Positions 11,812 to 22,570 of a stretch of DNA of 64,000 nucleotides are shown here, piece by piece. Every line of letters starts with the position of its first letter. Position 1 is the stretch's first letter. The notes under the pieces were generated by a model, which saw only the letters and a program-made list of their open reading frames with translations, ran no database searches and was not told the origin of the DNA. Both the position numbers and the translations under genes were made by a program. The DNA lies in assembly GCA_965203295.1 (NCBI GenBank), contig CBDBCZ010000010.1, positions 352,001 to 416,000 on the forward strand, in the 5' to 3' direction. This DNA comes from Nitrospirales bacterium. Lineage in GTDB: Bacteria > Nitrospirota > Nitrospiria > Nitrospirales > UBA8639.

Positions 11812-14800
11812 CTTTGATCTACAGCAGAATATTACCAAGCCCAGACCCATCGTACTAGATAGCAGTGATGACACAGAAACAGTCAACAGTTACAGTTTTG
11901 AAAGAAATCCTCCCCTCAAATCAGAAACTGATACACCAGTTACTTTCACTCCCTTACAGTGGGAAGCACTTCACAGTAACCTACAAGCTGTTTTTCCCCC
12001 TGATGACAAGTATACATATATCATTGAAGATTACCAGTCAAAACAGTGTGAGACATTTCCTGGCGCTCCAGGATTTGCATTTGACAGCCAAGTGCGCATA
12101 AACCTGAGGAACGAGAAAGAAGCGACAGAATGGCTACAAAATATGCAGCAACACAGTCTAACTACATACCGTGTAACACGTACAAGCAAACCAGGTCTTC
12201 GTCGAGTATTGTACAAAAGTGAGCGCCACTGCCAACACTTCAGAAAAAAGCTATCTGAAAAACAAACAGTAAAGTCAGCTCTAGCCCAGTCAAAGAAAGC
12301 TAGAAGACCATTAACCCTTTGAGCGCGGTACTTGATTATTCATAACTTCCGCGACGCGCGGAAGCCAATTTAATTTTTGTCTACGTTGCATGTGCTCGCA
12401 GTTTTGTAGAGTTGTAGGCTATTTTCCGTGCTGAACGGCAACACTGGAAGCCAGGGAGTGTAAAACTATCGTTGTTTAGTGTGTAGATGGTGTACTAAAG
12501 TCCCTACTAATGCAGAAGAGCGAATACAAACGGCAGCACTAAAGCTAACCTTGATAGTCGCCATTTTCGTGTGTCTGTCCCCTCAACTACAGTGGTGAGT
12601 CGCTTCTGTTACTTCGTGCTGGTTCTGTTACTAAGTGCTGCATCTGTACCTAAGGCCTCGTGCTCTGACTGCAGCCATACTCAGCGTTTTTGGCTTCAAA
12701 AGCCTTGTAGACGCTACCCGCGCCTTTGCCGCGTACTAACTGTGCTACACAACTAAGCGTCAAGTGAACGCTTCGAACGACTTGTGACGGGGGTGGAGCT
12801 TTAGATCGATTGCTAAAGACCGTGGGGTTATCCCCCTAAAGTGTCATGCGTGCCATAAAATTGGAAGGGTCTGACCCGTAGCACTTATTACGGCGAGCGT
12901 ATATATACGCTCGCCGCGATACGCGGAAGTAATTTTTGAGCGTATATATACGCTCGCCGCGTTCAAAGGGTTAACAGCAATGGTTCGAGACAAAAAGACA
13001 CAGTGTCCATCAAACCTCATTCTAACTGTGCAGGTACCTACAAAAAAGCAGAGACTAGCAGCAGAGTCAAAGCCACACTTGATAACACATAATGCTGTGT
13101 TAAAACTTCAATTCACACACAACCACCCAATCACTTCAGCACATGTGCTCAGTTTTCGAGATATTCTTGAAGAAACCAAACAGGCTTTCTTCACTCTGTT
13201 TGATAATGGCCACAGTCCATCTTCAGCACGCCATGCACACGAACAAGCCCTGTACCTGCAGGCTACTAGTGAGATGAATGCACAAAAAATTCTAGCTGAT
13301 CGTGCTAACAACCCACTCCTACAGGACATCTGTCGTCTCTTTACAAAGTGGAGAGAGCTTAACTATGGCAAAGATGATGGTAAGGAACTATTCCAACAGC
13401 TCCAGGAGAAAGTGGATGAATATAACACCAAAAACAGAGAAACAGGGGGGAAGGCCATCCTACAATGGTATGAATCTCTAGCTGAAAGCGAGGAATCTGA
13501 TGGTGAATCTGAAACAAAACCACCACCATTAAAAAAGAAGAAAAGGCCATCGAATAAGCCACTAATATTAGCAGTCTGCACCCCTCTTATGGCTAGGGCA
13601 CACAAAGAAGTGTGCCAGGCAGGTAAAATTGTCTTCTGTGACGCTTCCTCTTCAATGGATAGATTTAATACCTCCTTGTTCATGCTTTCTACAACACATG
13701 CCTGCTCAGGTATTCCTTTAGCAGTATTTATGGTCTCAGATGAAACTGAGGAAACAGTAAAACAGGCTATGGAGACAGTAAAGCAAGTTCTACCTTCTGA
13801 TGCTTTTTATGGCAATGGGCCATGTATTGGACCAGCAGTCTTCATGATTGATGACAGCATTGTTGAGCAGGCAGCACTCTCCCAGTCATGGCCATCAGCA
13901 CGTTTACTCCTGTGTACTTTTCACTTCCTGCAAAGACGATGGACATGGCTTCATGATGGTAAAAACAAAATACAGAATGAGGACCGGATCACTCTTATAC
14001 AATTAATAAGAACTCTGGTATACTGTAAATCAGAAAAGGAATTGCAAGCACAATATGTTTCCCTTACTTCATCAGCAACATCCCAAAAGTACCCTCACTT
14101 CATTAAACACATGACATCACTATGGGAAAAGCGATCCTTCTGGGCACACTGCTTCCGAACAGCTCTTCTAATCAGAGGTAACCATACAAACAATTATGCA
14201 GAGGCCGGGATTAAAATTCTGAAGGAACTTGTATTTGGGCGAGTAAAGGTTTATAATTTGGTTCAAATGTGCTATTTTGTCGTAGAAACATTAGAATTAT
14301 ACTATAAGCGAAAGCTAGTGAGTGTTGCAAACAACAGGCTGGAATCGTATATCGCTCTCCGATTTCAAGGGCTTAATGCCAAAAAAATCAGCAAAGAGGA
14401 TATTACTAAAAGTGATCACCAGGGGTGGTACAAAGTGAGAAGTCAGACAGTGAGAGGAAAGTACTATGATATTAACACCCACATTGGCGTATGCACATGT
14501 CTTCAGGGATTAGATGGTTCCCCATGCTCCCATCAGGCTGCAGTTGTTGTTACATACGGTGATGAATCTTGCAATTATATTGCAACAATTTCAGCTTCAG
14601 CGAGGAGAAATATTGCAAAACTGGCTCTTGGTGAAGGAGCTATACAAGACCTAGCTTTTTATACATCAGTTCATCAAAAACAACTGCAAAAGCAATATGG
14701 AAGTGAGCCTAACGATGGACCAACACAGGAATCAACATCTGAGAATAGAGAGCCGAACTTTGAGGGAACTGAATGGGACCTTATTAGGGCAGGCTCTCTG

Positions 14801-15307
14801 GACGATGAAATGGAGATTGATAACTCTACATTTGAATATAGCAAAGAGGAAGAATACAGTGCACTTTGTGACAGAATTGATGCAGTGGCTGAGACACTTA
14901 AGAACAAACTCAAAAGTCACGACCCACAACTCACTACTGGAGTTTCCAAATTTCTGGTACGGTTTGACAAGCTTTCAGGTCAGCATTCTTCTTCTAAATT
15001 GGCTACAGCCTTTCACCAGTTTGGATGGGAGATGGGTACTACAACAACACTACAGGCTGGCCAGCTAAGGCATGGCAAACGAATTGCTGTCCAGGCCACT
15101 GCCGCTGGGCGGAGGAAAAAGGGACGACCACGGGGTAAGGGAAAGGTGGTTGCTGGACGTCCACCCAAAGGCTCCAGTCTCAGTGCAGAGTCTCCACAAA
15201 GCATTTCCAGATACTGTATGCCAACTCGTAATGAACCCAAGGGTCGAAGGCTGCACTCATTAAAAGCAAATATACTACTTGGACAGCAAAATGCTGGAAA
15301 ATGGTGA
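11711..15307 (+). CDS. MULE DDE transposase with SWIM zinc finger, interrupted by MITE 12315-12970
   Basis: FCDASSSMD, FMIDDS, LLCTFHFLQ (CxxH), HTNNYAEA, SWIM CTC..GSPCSH; removing the MITE and one TTAA rejoins ARRPL-TAMVRDKKTQC in frame. Confidence 0.92.
12315..12970. mobile_element. piggyBac-type MITE (656 bp)
   Basis: TTAA both sides; TIR ccctttgagcgcgg / ccctttgaacgcgg; palindrome gagcgtatatatacgctc twice near right end. Confidence 0.95.
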
Positions 15308-16548
15308 TAGTTGAACTCATTAATTTTTACATGCTAACTATTCCTTTGATAATCTTTATAACAACTGGTAAACGTTTGTAACTAACCTGAACCATGTTCC
15401 TCTGTGATGTAAACTGGCATGGCTGGTCATGTCTCCGCCCAAGGTCAAAGGTCGAAATTCAATTTGCGCATGCGCAGATATGTAAATCAGAATTGTGCTC
15501 CAGAGACTAAGTCGAAAGTACGTCCAAAAAAAAAATTCGCCAGGGCCACTAGTGGATACTGCAACCATTTAGTGATGTAATACTATAATCAACCTGATGG
15601 TCCAGGTGTAATACTGCCAGATCCACCTTCCTAACATGGGGCTGGGCACAAGACTAATATGCTGGCTGCTATTGTACTCATTAGTAGTTTTCTGAATTTT
15701 AAGGAAACCACATATTGCCATTTACTGATACTGTAGTAGCTTTGCCTTTGATATGTATGGCTGCCATGTATGGCTGCCATGGTACAACTAATTAAATGTG
15801 GGATTTTTTTTAGGTCACTCCTCCAGTGTCCTTAAGTGCAAAGAGTGAAGCTACATTAGGGAACAGTCCAAGTTCTATGGCCGAAATCCCAAGGGCAAAC
15901 CGATTACAGAGTATCAAAAGCGAGTCAACGAGGAATCGGAAGCACTTTGTCTAAGCAACCCAGACCTTGCAGATCGAAATGTCTTGCTGGATACTGCGAG
16001 AGAGAGAGTGAATGCGTCGGGATACCAGTTCAAAAAAGGAAAATCGTGATCAAAGAGGCTGAACACCACTGATGAGGCTGAATCACCAAAGAGGAAGATC
16101 AGCAAAGACTACCGTATGAGCAGAATTAGTAAGCTTGAAGAGAAGATCAAGGACCTCACTGACCAAATAGGCTTTAAAGTGAAACGCCGAGAATGTGCCA
16201 GTAACATGAAGAACTACAAGGAATGTGACAAACTCACCGAGCACCTCTCTGCTTTAAAAAGTGAAAGGCGCCAGTTTGAAGTGGAACTCGCATCTCTAAC
16301 AAAGAAAGAAAAGAAGTCCCGGTGGTATTTTAGCAGAAGGGATGGCCAGGCTTCCCTTGTGAGCAGTTCTCCTGAACCCGTTTCACCCATGGACAACACT
16401 CGATGTTTCTTTCATGTTACGCGAGAAATAGCCTCCCCTACATCCTCAACCTCAAGTAATCGCTTTACAACGCCACCTCCAAGAAATGTGTTGTTGCCTC
16501 CCCGTACACCATCGGATGAGTCTTTGAATTTGTCTGCCTACTCAGGTT

Positions 16549-16670
16549 CCTCACATGCAACTCCGCTTACTTCTCCGTCTCCATCCTCACATGCCACTCC
16601 ACTCACTTCTCCGTCTCCATCCTTACATGCGACTCCACTCGCTTCTCCATCTCCATCTTCACATGTAGCT
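16549..16670 (+). repeat. 36-bp coding tandem repeat (SHATPLTSPSPS), ~3.5 copies
   Basis: Visible in DNA and in the 16116 ORF translation. Confidence 0.85.
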
Positions 16671-16858
16671 CTGCTCTCACCCACTTCACCACATTCAGAT
16701 GGCCAGGATACTGTTGTCCTCACTTCAGATGAAGAACCTCAACTAAACAGTAGCAGTAGGTGGCTTCAGCCTTCCAGTGCAAATAGCAAGTACTGCCAAC
16801 CAACTCTCAGAAGATCACAGTGATTCGTGTGGCCTGCCGATGGTCAGTCTCCAGATGA

Positions 16859-18818
16859 TGCCTCCACATCTATTGCATCTGGTCAGCATTTTCAGTAAGG
16901 CCTCCCCAGTTTGCTGCACTGGGGAGGCCTACTAGTGAGCTTGTAGAGGTGTACAAAGAACAAAAGCAGACCCCACTGGTTCACCGTAGCAAGCAGCGAA
17001 TATGTGATAATGTTTACGTTTCTCTCATATCTGGTTTGTCACTTGCTGAGTATGTTGAGGCTCGAAGTGCATACTGCTCAAGTGACCATGCAGATCCATG
17101 CAGTAAATGTGAGCGTCTTTTGCTCGTCGCAATGATCATCCTTGAACAGAGCTATTGTACCCTAGCACAAGCCTTCAGAGTGGCATCCCCCGATGGAAGG
17201 TATACATCGGAAGTGGCTCGCCGACTACTCCTCCAAATGCCACTGGTCTCTGTTCGGATTGGCAATGCGTCCCAAGGCAACTCCTTTAGTATTCTGATGG
17301 AGAAGTTTGCTGGAACAGACTACAGGAAGCTAGGAGCAATCATAAATAGTTTAGCCATCAACAACACACATTTGCCAAAGGGAGTTTCTTTGGAGAAGTC
17401 TGTTGTTAAGATGCTGTTGAGTATTGCACAATCAGACCAGGAGCGTGAATGCCTGAGGTATGCCATTTATAAAGCTTCTGGCATGACACCATCTCAAGCA
17501 AGACGCACATATGGCTTTGAAGGTATGCAAGCACGTTCTTTGACTGTCGAAGCTACTATCACAGAGATACAGCAGATTCGACAAGCAATTGAAGATTTAG
17601 CATGTATCGCAGATCAGGCTTTACTAACAAGATTTGGCATTCCGGGAGTGAGTTGCACAACTTCGAGTGAATCTGAAGAAGAGGATGTGACTACCAGTGG
17701 ATATGGTCCAGCTCCCGTGATGGACGTTCGCTCCCCTCTTACCCAGGACTCGGGTTCTGAGCAGGGAACAAAGAGACCTCGCACCCCCCCTCCCGGTGGA
17801 TATGGTCCCGCTCCCGTGGTGGACGTTCGCTCCCCCCTTACCCAGGCCTCGGGTTCTGAGCAGGGAACAAAGAGACCTCGCAGCCCCCCTTCCGGTGGAT
17901 ATGGTCCCGCTCCCGTGATGGACGTTCGCTCCCCCCTTACCCAGGCCTCGGGTTCTGAGCAGGGAACAAAGAGACCTCGCATTCCCCCTCCCGGTCATCA
18001 GATGGGCAAGGATCCTTATCTTGGCTCTTATACTTGTACTGCTTCTTGGAATGTCGAACAGAATCAGTCCCTCCAGCACTTGGACCCTGGTTACTTGCAA
18101 GGACTCTTAAAACAGTCAAAGTACAACTGGTTTGAACTTGTGGAGCTGCTTGAGGACCTATTTCAAAATGACATCTCTGGTGAGGCAGAAAGTGTGTTTA
18201 CTCAAATCTCAAAGCTAGGACTTGATACGAAGGCATTTCACGCTACTGAGCAATCATATTTTGCTTACCGTGCTATTGAGAAGGAATTATATGAGGACAA
18301 TCACACTGACAGAGCTTTGAATGGAGAAGTTGTCAGTGACAGAGAATCTGATGACCCCGGTTCATACGTTGGGATTACAGATCCTTTCAGTGCAGCAGGC
18401 AAAGAGCTGGTAAGAAAAAAGCGAGTAGCAATTTATAGGAGAGCCAGAAGAAAACAAGCAAAAGCAGTAGCAGAGAGACGGTTTTTTTCTCGGAAGCTAT
18501 CCAATAAAACTAGTAAGATCCTGACGGAATGCCCAGGTATTGGTAAGGAGTTTGAAATTTTTGTTCAGTCCCATAACATCGGAGCTGATGCTTGGCGCAG
18601 AACTGGAGTTTTAACATTCGATGGAAACCTCCATGTAAAAGAGAAAGTCACGTACGAAAGGGTCCGTAAGCACCTTGAAGAAGTGTATAAAAGGAAGATC
18701 TCGTATGGTACCGTAATTCAAATGTGCGTAGCAAGGAATAAGAGAAGGCGTTCTGCGAAAAACTATCGTGGAATCGCCAAGGTTACTAGCAGACGTGCCC
18801 GAAAAGGCTTCAATTTAA
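16859..18818 (+). CDS. ORF2, large uncharacterised probably transposon-encoded protein, truncated by piggyBac insertion at TTAA 18815
   Basis: ~650 open codons; basic conserved-looking block GADAWRRTGVLTFDGN...RRARKGFNL; continues KF at 22564 before a second insertion; paralog at 29290-30600. Confidence 0.65.
16886..16930 (+). promoter_or_regulatory. Candidate -1 ribosomal frameshift signal: CAT TTT CAG TAA followed by a 13-bp stem-loop
   Basis: Perfect stem aggcctccccagt / actggggaggcct (16898-16930, 7-nt loop); ORF2 is open in the -1 frame from 16859; similar cassette at 29449-29490. Confidence 0.6.
17696..17995 (+). repeat. 99-bp (33-aa) in-frame tandem repeat, 3 copies
   Basis: ggatatggtcc at 17699, 17798, 17897; GYGPAPVMDVRSPLTQxSGSEQGTKRPRxPPPG. 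Confidence 0.95.
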
Positions 18819-19161
18819 CTCTTTCCCGACCATTGCGCATGCGCGTTACTACATCGTATGACCGTAGCAATTTTTTCAGTGCACGTGTTTTTTACACGGT
18901 TAGCGTCTATCGCCCTTAGCTCGTAAACGAAGAGACTTTTGTACGGACAACTAACCACAATCGGAAAGAAGAGTCCCTACACTCTCTTTTGATGTCAGGA
19001 TTATATAATCTTGGTGGGAGAATAGCAGCACACAACACCGGACATGTACAGGACCATCAAATATCAAGGTGAGTATACAAACGGTGGGGGTATAAACTTA
19101 TATAAACAGTTATATAGCAGCAGCGAAGCTACAGAGAGGGTCCTAAATGTTGTAGCTGGCA

Positions 19162-22100
19162 TCACACTGAAGTGTAGTACCTCTCGAAGCAAGAGGGACC
19201 GTCGGAACCGTCCTGGGACACCAGGCAGAACGCCTTCCCGCACTGTCGACAGTGCATTGATGATTCGTGCCGTCTGTGGTTCTTATAGTTCCAGCACCAG
19301 TGACAGCGAGCAGTAGAACCCTTGATTGGGAAATGGCCCTGCCTTTCCTGAGTGGTAGCACCAGCTCTCCGCTTCGCTGGTGGGGGTACGCAGTCCTGGC
19401 TGGCAGCTTCAAGGATGGGTCCGGGCAAACCGTACCTCTGCCTGGTGTTGTATTGTCCAATCAGGCGCAATGCAAGCTGCTGGCGGAAGTCTTTGATAAC
19501 AGCATGGCGATTGCTGATGGTGACGGGGCAGTAATGCTTGACGAGTGTGAAGGCATTGACTATGCAGCATTCAAAGAGAAACCAGAAGATGTACTTATAG
19601 CACTTCTTGGACTTGGTTCTCAGCCTGTAGTATCCCCGGAGCTGGTCACATCTGTCAACCCCCCCCCCCATGAACTTGTTATATGCGACTACATTCGGGG
19701 GGCATGTCACGGACTCGACCTGCCCGTCTTTCTGCTTGCGCCTCACCGTTGTGGGACCAGTGGGCTGGCAGTTGGTCGACATTACAGACACCAGCTTCTT
19801 GTCTTGCCAGATGTTGGCCACAAGATTTCCCTTCTGCCGGAAGACTGACTCCCCTCGCTCCAGGGATACCTCTGTAAAATGGTAAGTGAATACATACTAA
19901 GGGATGGCTGCAACATGTATACATGCATTAGCTGCAGTAGACTGATAATTGATCTAATTATGACACATAATTAAATAAGCTGTTGGTTATGGTACCATAT
20001 TTGGTCAAAAAGCAGAGATTTGATGTAGATGGCATGATAACATAAGTTACCTTAGCATGTCCTTATATTGTGTATATATACATGTATGACATTGTGTCTT
20101 AGCAACTATTTCAGGATAATAATACTGTGTCATCTAAGCGTTCATATTTTTTAACCCTATTTGCAGGAAGCAGTTACCTGGGTGCTTGAGGTCTTCTGGA
20201 ATTCCCAGGCGATCTCGACGGAATATTCCGCAGGCATAGATGCCGTCCTCAAGCAGGTCTTCGAAGAGGCTAACTGTGGTGAAATAATTATCACAGTATG
20301 TATGATAATTCCCACCCACCAGAGGCCGTGTCAACTTTTTGACCACCTTCTCGCCCAAGTACTTCTCCAGAGCATCACTCTTCCCGGTGTACACCTCAAA
20401 GTCCGAGATGTAACCAATGACGCTATCTCCCCGTACCCACACTTTGAAGCCGCGTTTTATGGGCTTTAGCGGGAGGAACTGCTTCATTGCAGATCGGCCT
20501 TTAACCCTTTGGCTTCCTAGATTTGTGAATATTATTTTGGTCTGTGAGCTTACCTCCAGTAATCTGAATTATTACTGTCTCTTGCTAGGCTCTACTGCAC
20601 TGCAGAATGCCCTGAGGGAAATCCCCTGAGGCGCTACGCACGATGCGTTGCCGTGGAAACACGTGTTAGGTCACGTGACTTGTAAAAGCGTTGTAAACTT
20701 GTGATTTCAGGCTGAGCACGGTAGTTAGCTAAAGCACAGAAAATGATGACTGATAGGCAGTAGCTGCAGTATAGAATAGGCTCTGGAGATGCACAGACGG
20801 GTTACTGACACAGAGAACTTACAGAAACTGAGAAGACCAGAAGGAAGCACCGACCAGACAAGTTGCAGCGCGGACTAACGCAATAGCGCACGAGAGCGAC
20901 ATTTTTGTGGTTGTTATATCCGTACAGGAAGCTATGAATATTGATAAAATATATATCAGTACAGAGGTCAATACATGCGCAAAGTAAACAGGATATAATC
21001 GTTGTGGTTGCTGCGTACTACGCGGCACTACGTGGCTGATAAGAACGGGAATTTTAAGAGCGCTTTTTGGCGCTCTCGGAAGCCAAAGGGTTGAACTTTA
21101 TCATCACTTCGTCGATGGCATTGTCGCGATGAGGGCTGTAGTTGGCGAGAAAGGTGCGCTGTACGGCATCGATTACTGGCCGAACCCTGGCCAGACGATC
21201 GTATCCTTGCTCTCCATGAAGTGCAACCGTGGTGTTGTCGGTGAAGTGGAGGAATTTCTGAATCTCCATGAATCGCTTTCTGGAGATCCGTGATGCGATG
21301 GGGAAGTAGTGGTAACACTCATCCAGGGACCAGTAATCGTACAGCTCTGGGAGATGATTCAGCCCCATCAGAATGTGGAATCCCAGATACGCCCGGATTT
21401 CATCGGAGTTGGTTTCCCATGATTGAGCGGGACGGCTGGTACTGGCTGCTTGAGAGGAACAAAGTGCAGCATAGCGGTTGCTCTCCTGCACAATGTGGTC
21501 GATGAGCTCTGGTGTAAAAAACTCTAAAAACACCTCCATAGGGACAGCGCTCAGCTGGAAAGTTGGCCCAACGTCCCTTGTAAAGGGCTGTACAGTGACT
21601 TCGGAGTGCTCACTGGACCACCCATCTCTGTTCTCTTCCCCTACAGACCTAGAAGACCGTGTCTGAGATGCTGCTCGTGTAGGGGGCTGGGCTCTTCCTC
21701 GGCGAGACTTGGTCGGGGGTGGCGGCACTGGTCGTGATTGCCTGGCTCTTCCCCGACGCTGCAGTGGAGCTGGAGATGCTGCTCGTCTAGTGGGCTGGGC
21801 TCTTCCTCGGCGAGACTGGGTCGTGGGTGGCGGCACTGGTCGCGATAGCCTGGCTCTTCCCCGATGCTGCAACGGAGCTGGAGATACTGGCATCGTCAAC
21901 GGAGGAGACTGCATCCTGTTCAAGGGAGTTAGCAAGGCAGCACCAGAGGGACCTGGGAGAGAATCCGCCTGATCACCTGGCTCATCACCACCAGAAAGGT
22001 TACCTGTGCCAGTGTTGCACATTTCTGATGGCTCATCACTCTCACTATCTCCCTCCAGATCGTCATCATCAGTGTCATTCATGCCCAAGTCGTCATCACT

Positions 22101-22184
22101 GCCGGGGAAGATGAATTCTTCATCGTTGTCATCTCCACAGACGATCTGACAAACTTCACTGGCAGAAAATGATGATCTAGCCAT
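19162..22184 (-). CDS. piggyBac (PGBD4-like) DDD transposase, one intron (19872-20177), interrupted by MITE 20505-21090
   Basis: AIDEVMIKF|KGRSAMKQFLPLKPIKRGFKVW, YCDNYFT, MGGGVDRCDQ, C-terminal Cys-rich domain CHWC...CRQC..AFC...CF. Confidence 0.92.
20505..21090. mobile_element. piggyBac MITE (586 bp) related to the element at 39507-42637
   Basis: TIR ccctttggcttcc at both ends; flanks TTAA and TTGA; left ~200 bp resembles the reverse complement of 42440-42637. Confidence 0.92.
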
Positions 22185-22570
22185 CCCCAGAGATGCAGAA
22201 GCCTTTGCAGTAGCTGTAGTTCTTAAAAGAACTGGTTGTATTGCTGAGAATCTAGGATTGTGGAAAGCCGTGCCTACTGCAACAATCAGGAAATAGCGTC
22301 TCCGTTTACAATTAGCAGCCAATATTCATTGTGAATTATCTCAAAAATGTTTATACGGAAGCGCCATTGAAAGGCCAATCAACTTCTAGTACTATCCTTC
22401 GGGAATGCAATTACCTATACAGGGAAACCCCCTATGTTTTACGATCGGCGATCGAGACGCTTAAGTATACGCTATTGCGCATGACGCCGTATGGCGTCAT
22501 TGGTCGGGAAAGGGGTATGCGCGTCATGACGCCGTACGGCGTCATTGGTCGGGAAAGGGTTAAAGTTTAA

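Larger units (their letters stand above)
9389..15656 (+). mobile_element. Full-length Mutator-like (MULE) DNA transposon, 6268 bp including a nested MITE
   Basis: Perfect 9-bp TSD ATATGCTGG; TIRs begin TAGTCTCGTGCCCAGCCCCACGTTAGAAAGGTGG and extend imperfectly ~215 bp (9389-9602 vs 15441-15656). Confidence 0.95.
6176..16898 (+). pseudogene. Multi-exon ORF1 of a two-ORF gene (candidate exons 6176-6266, 9070-9153, 15814-16898); coiled-coil plus Ser/Pro-rich; introns host two large transposons
   Basis: GT-AG bounded exons; long frame with a few TGA stops (near 15846, 16047, 16821) ending CAG CAT TTT CAG TAA at 16898. Confidence 0.5.
18819..22559 (-). mobile_element. Full-length piggyBac transposon 1 with nested MITE
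   Basis: TTAA at 18815-18818 and 22560-22563; TIR ctctttcccgacca / ccctttcccgacca; duplicated palindrome atgacgccgtatggcgtcat at the right end. Confidence 0.95.

Noticed and set aside
11780..11815. Programmed frameshift between Ulp1 and MULE frames
   Set aside because: No slippery run or downstream hairpin; more likely a decay indel.
17696..17995. 99-bp repeat as CRISPR or tRNA-derived SINE
   Set aside because: Perfectly tandem and in frame within an ORF; no cloverleaf or convincing A/B boxes.
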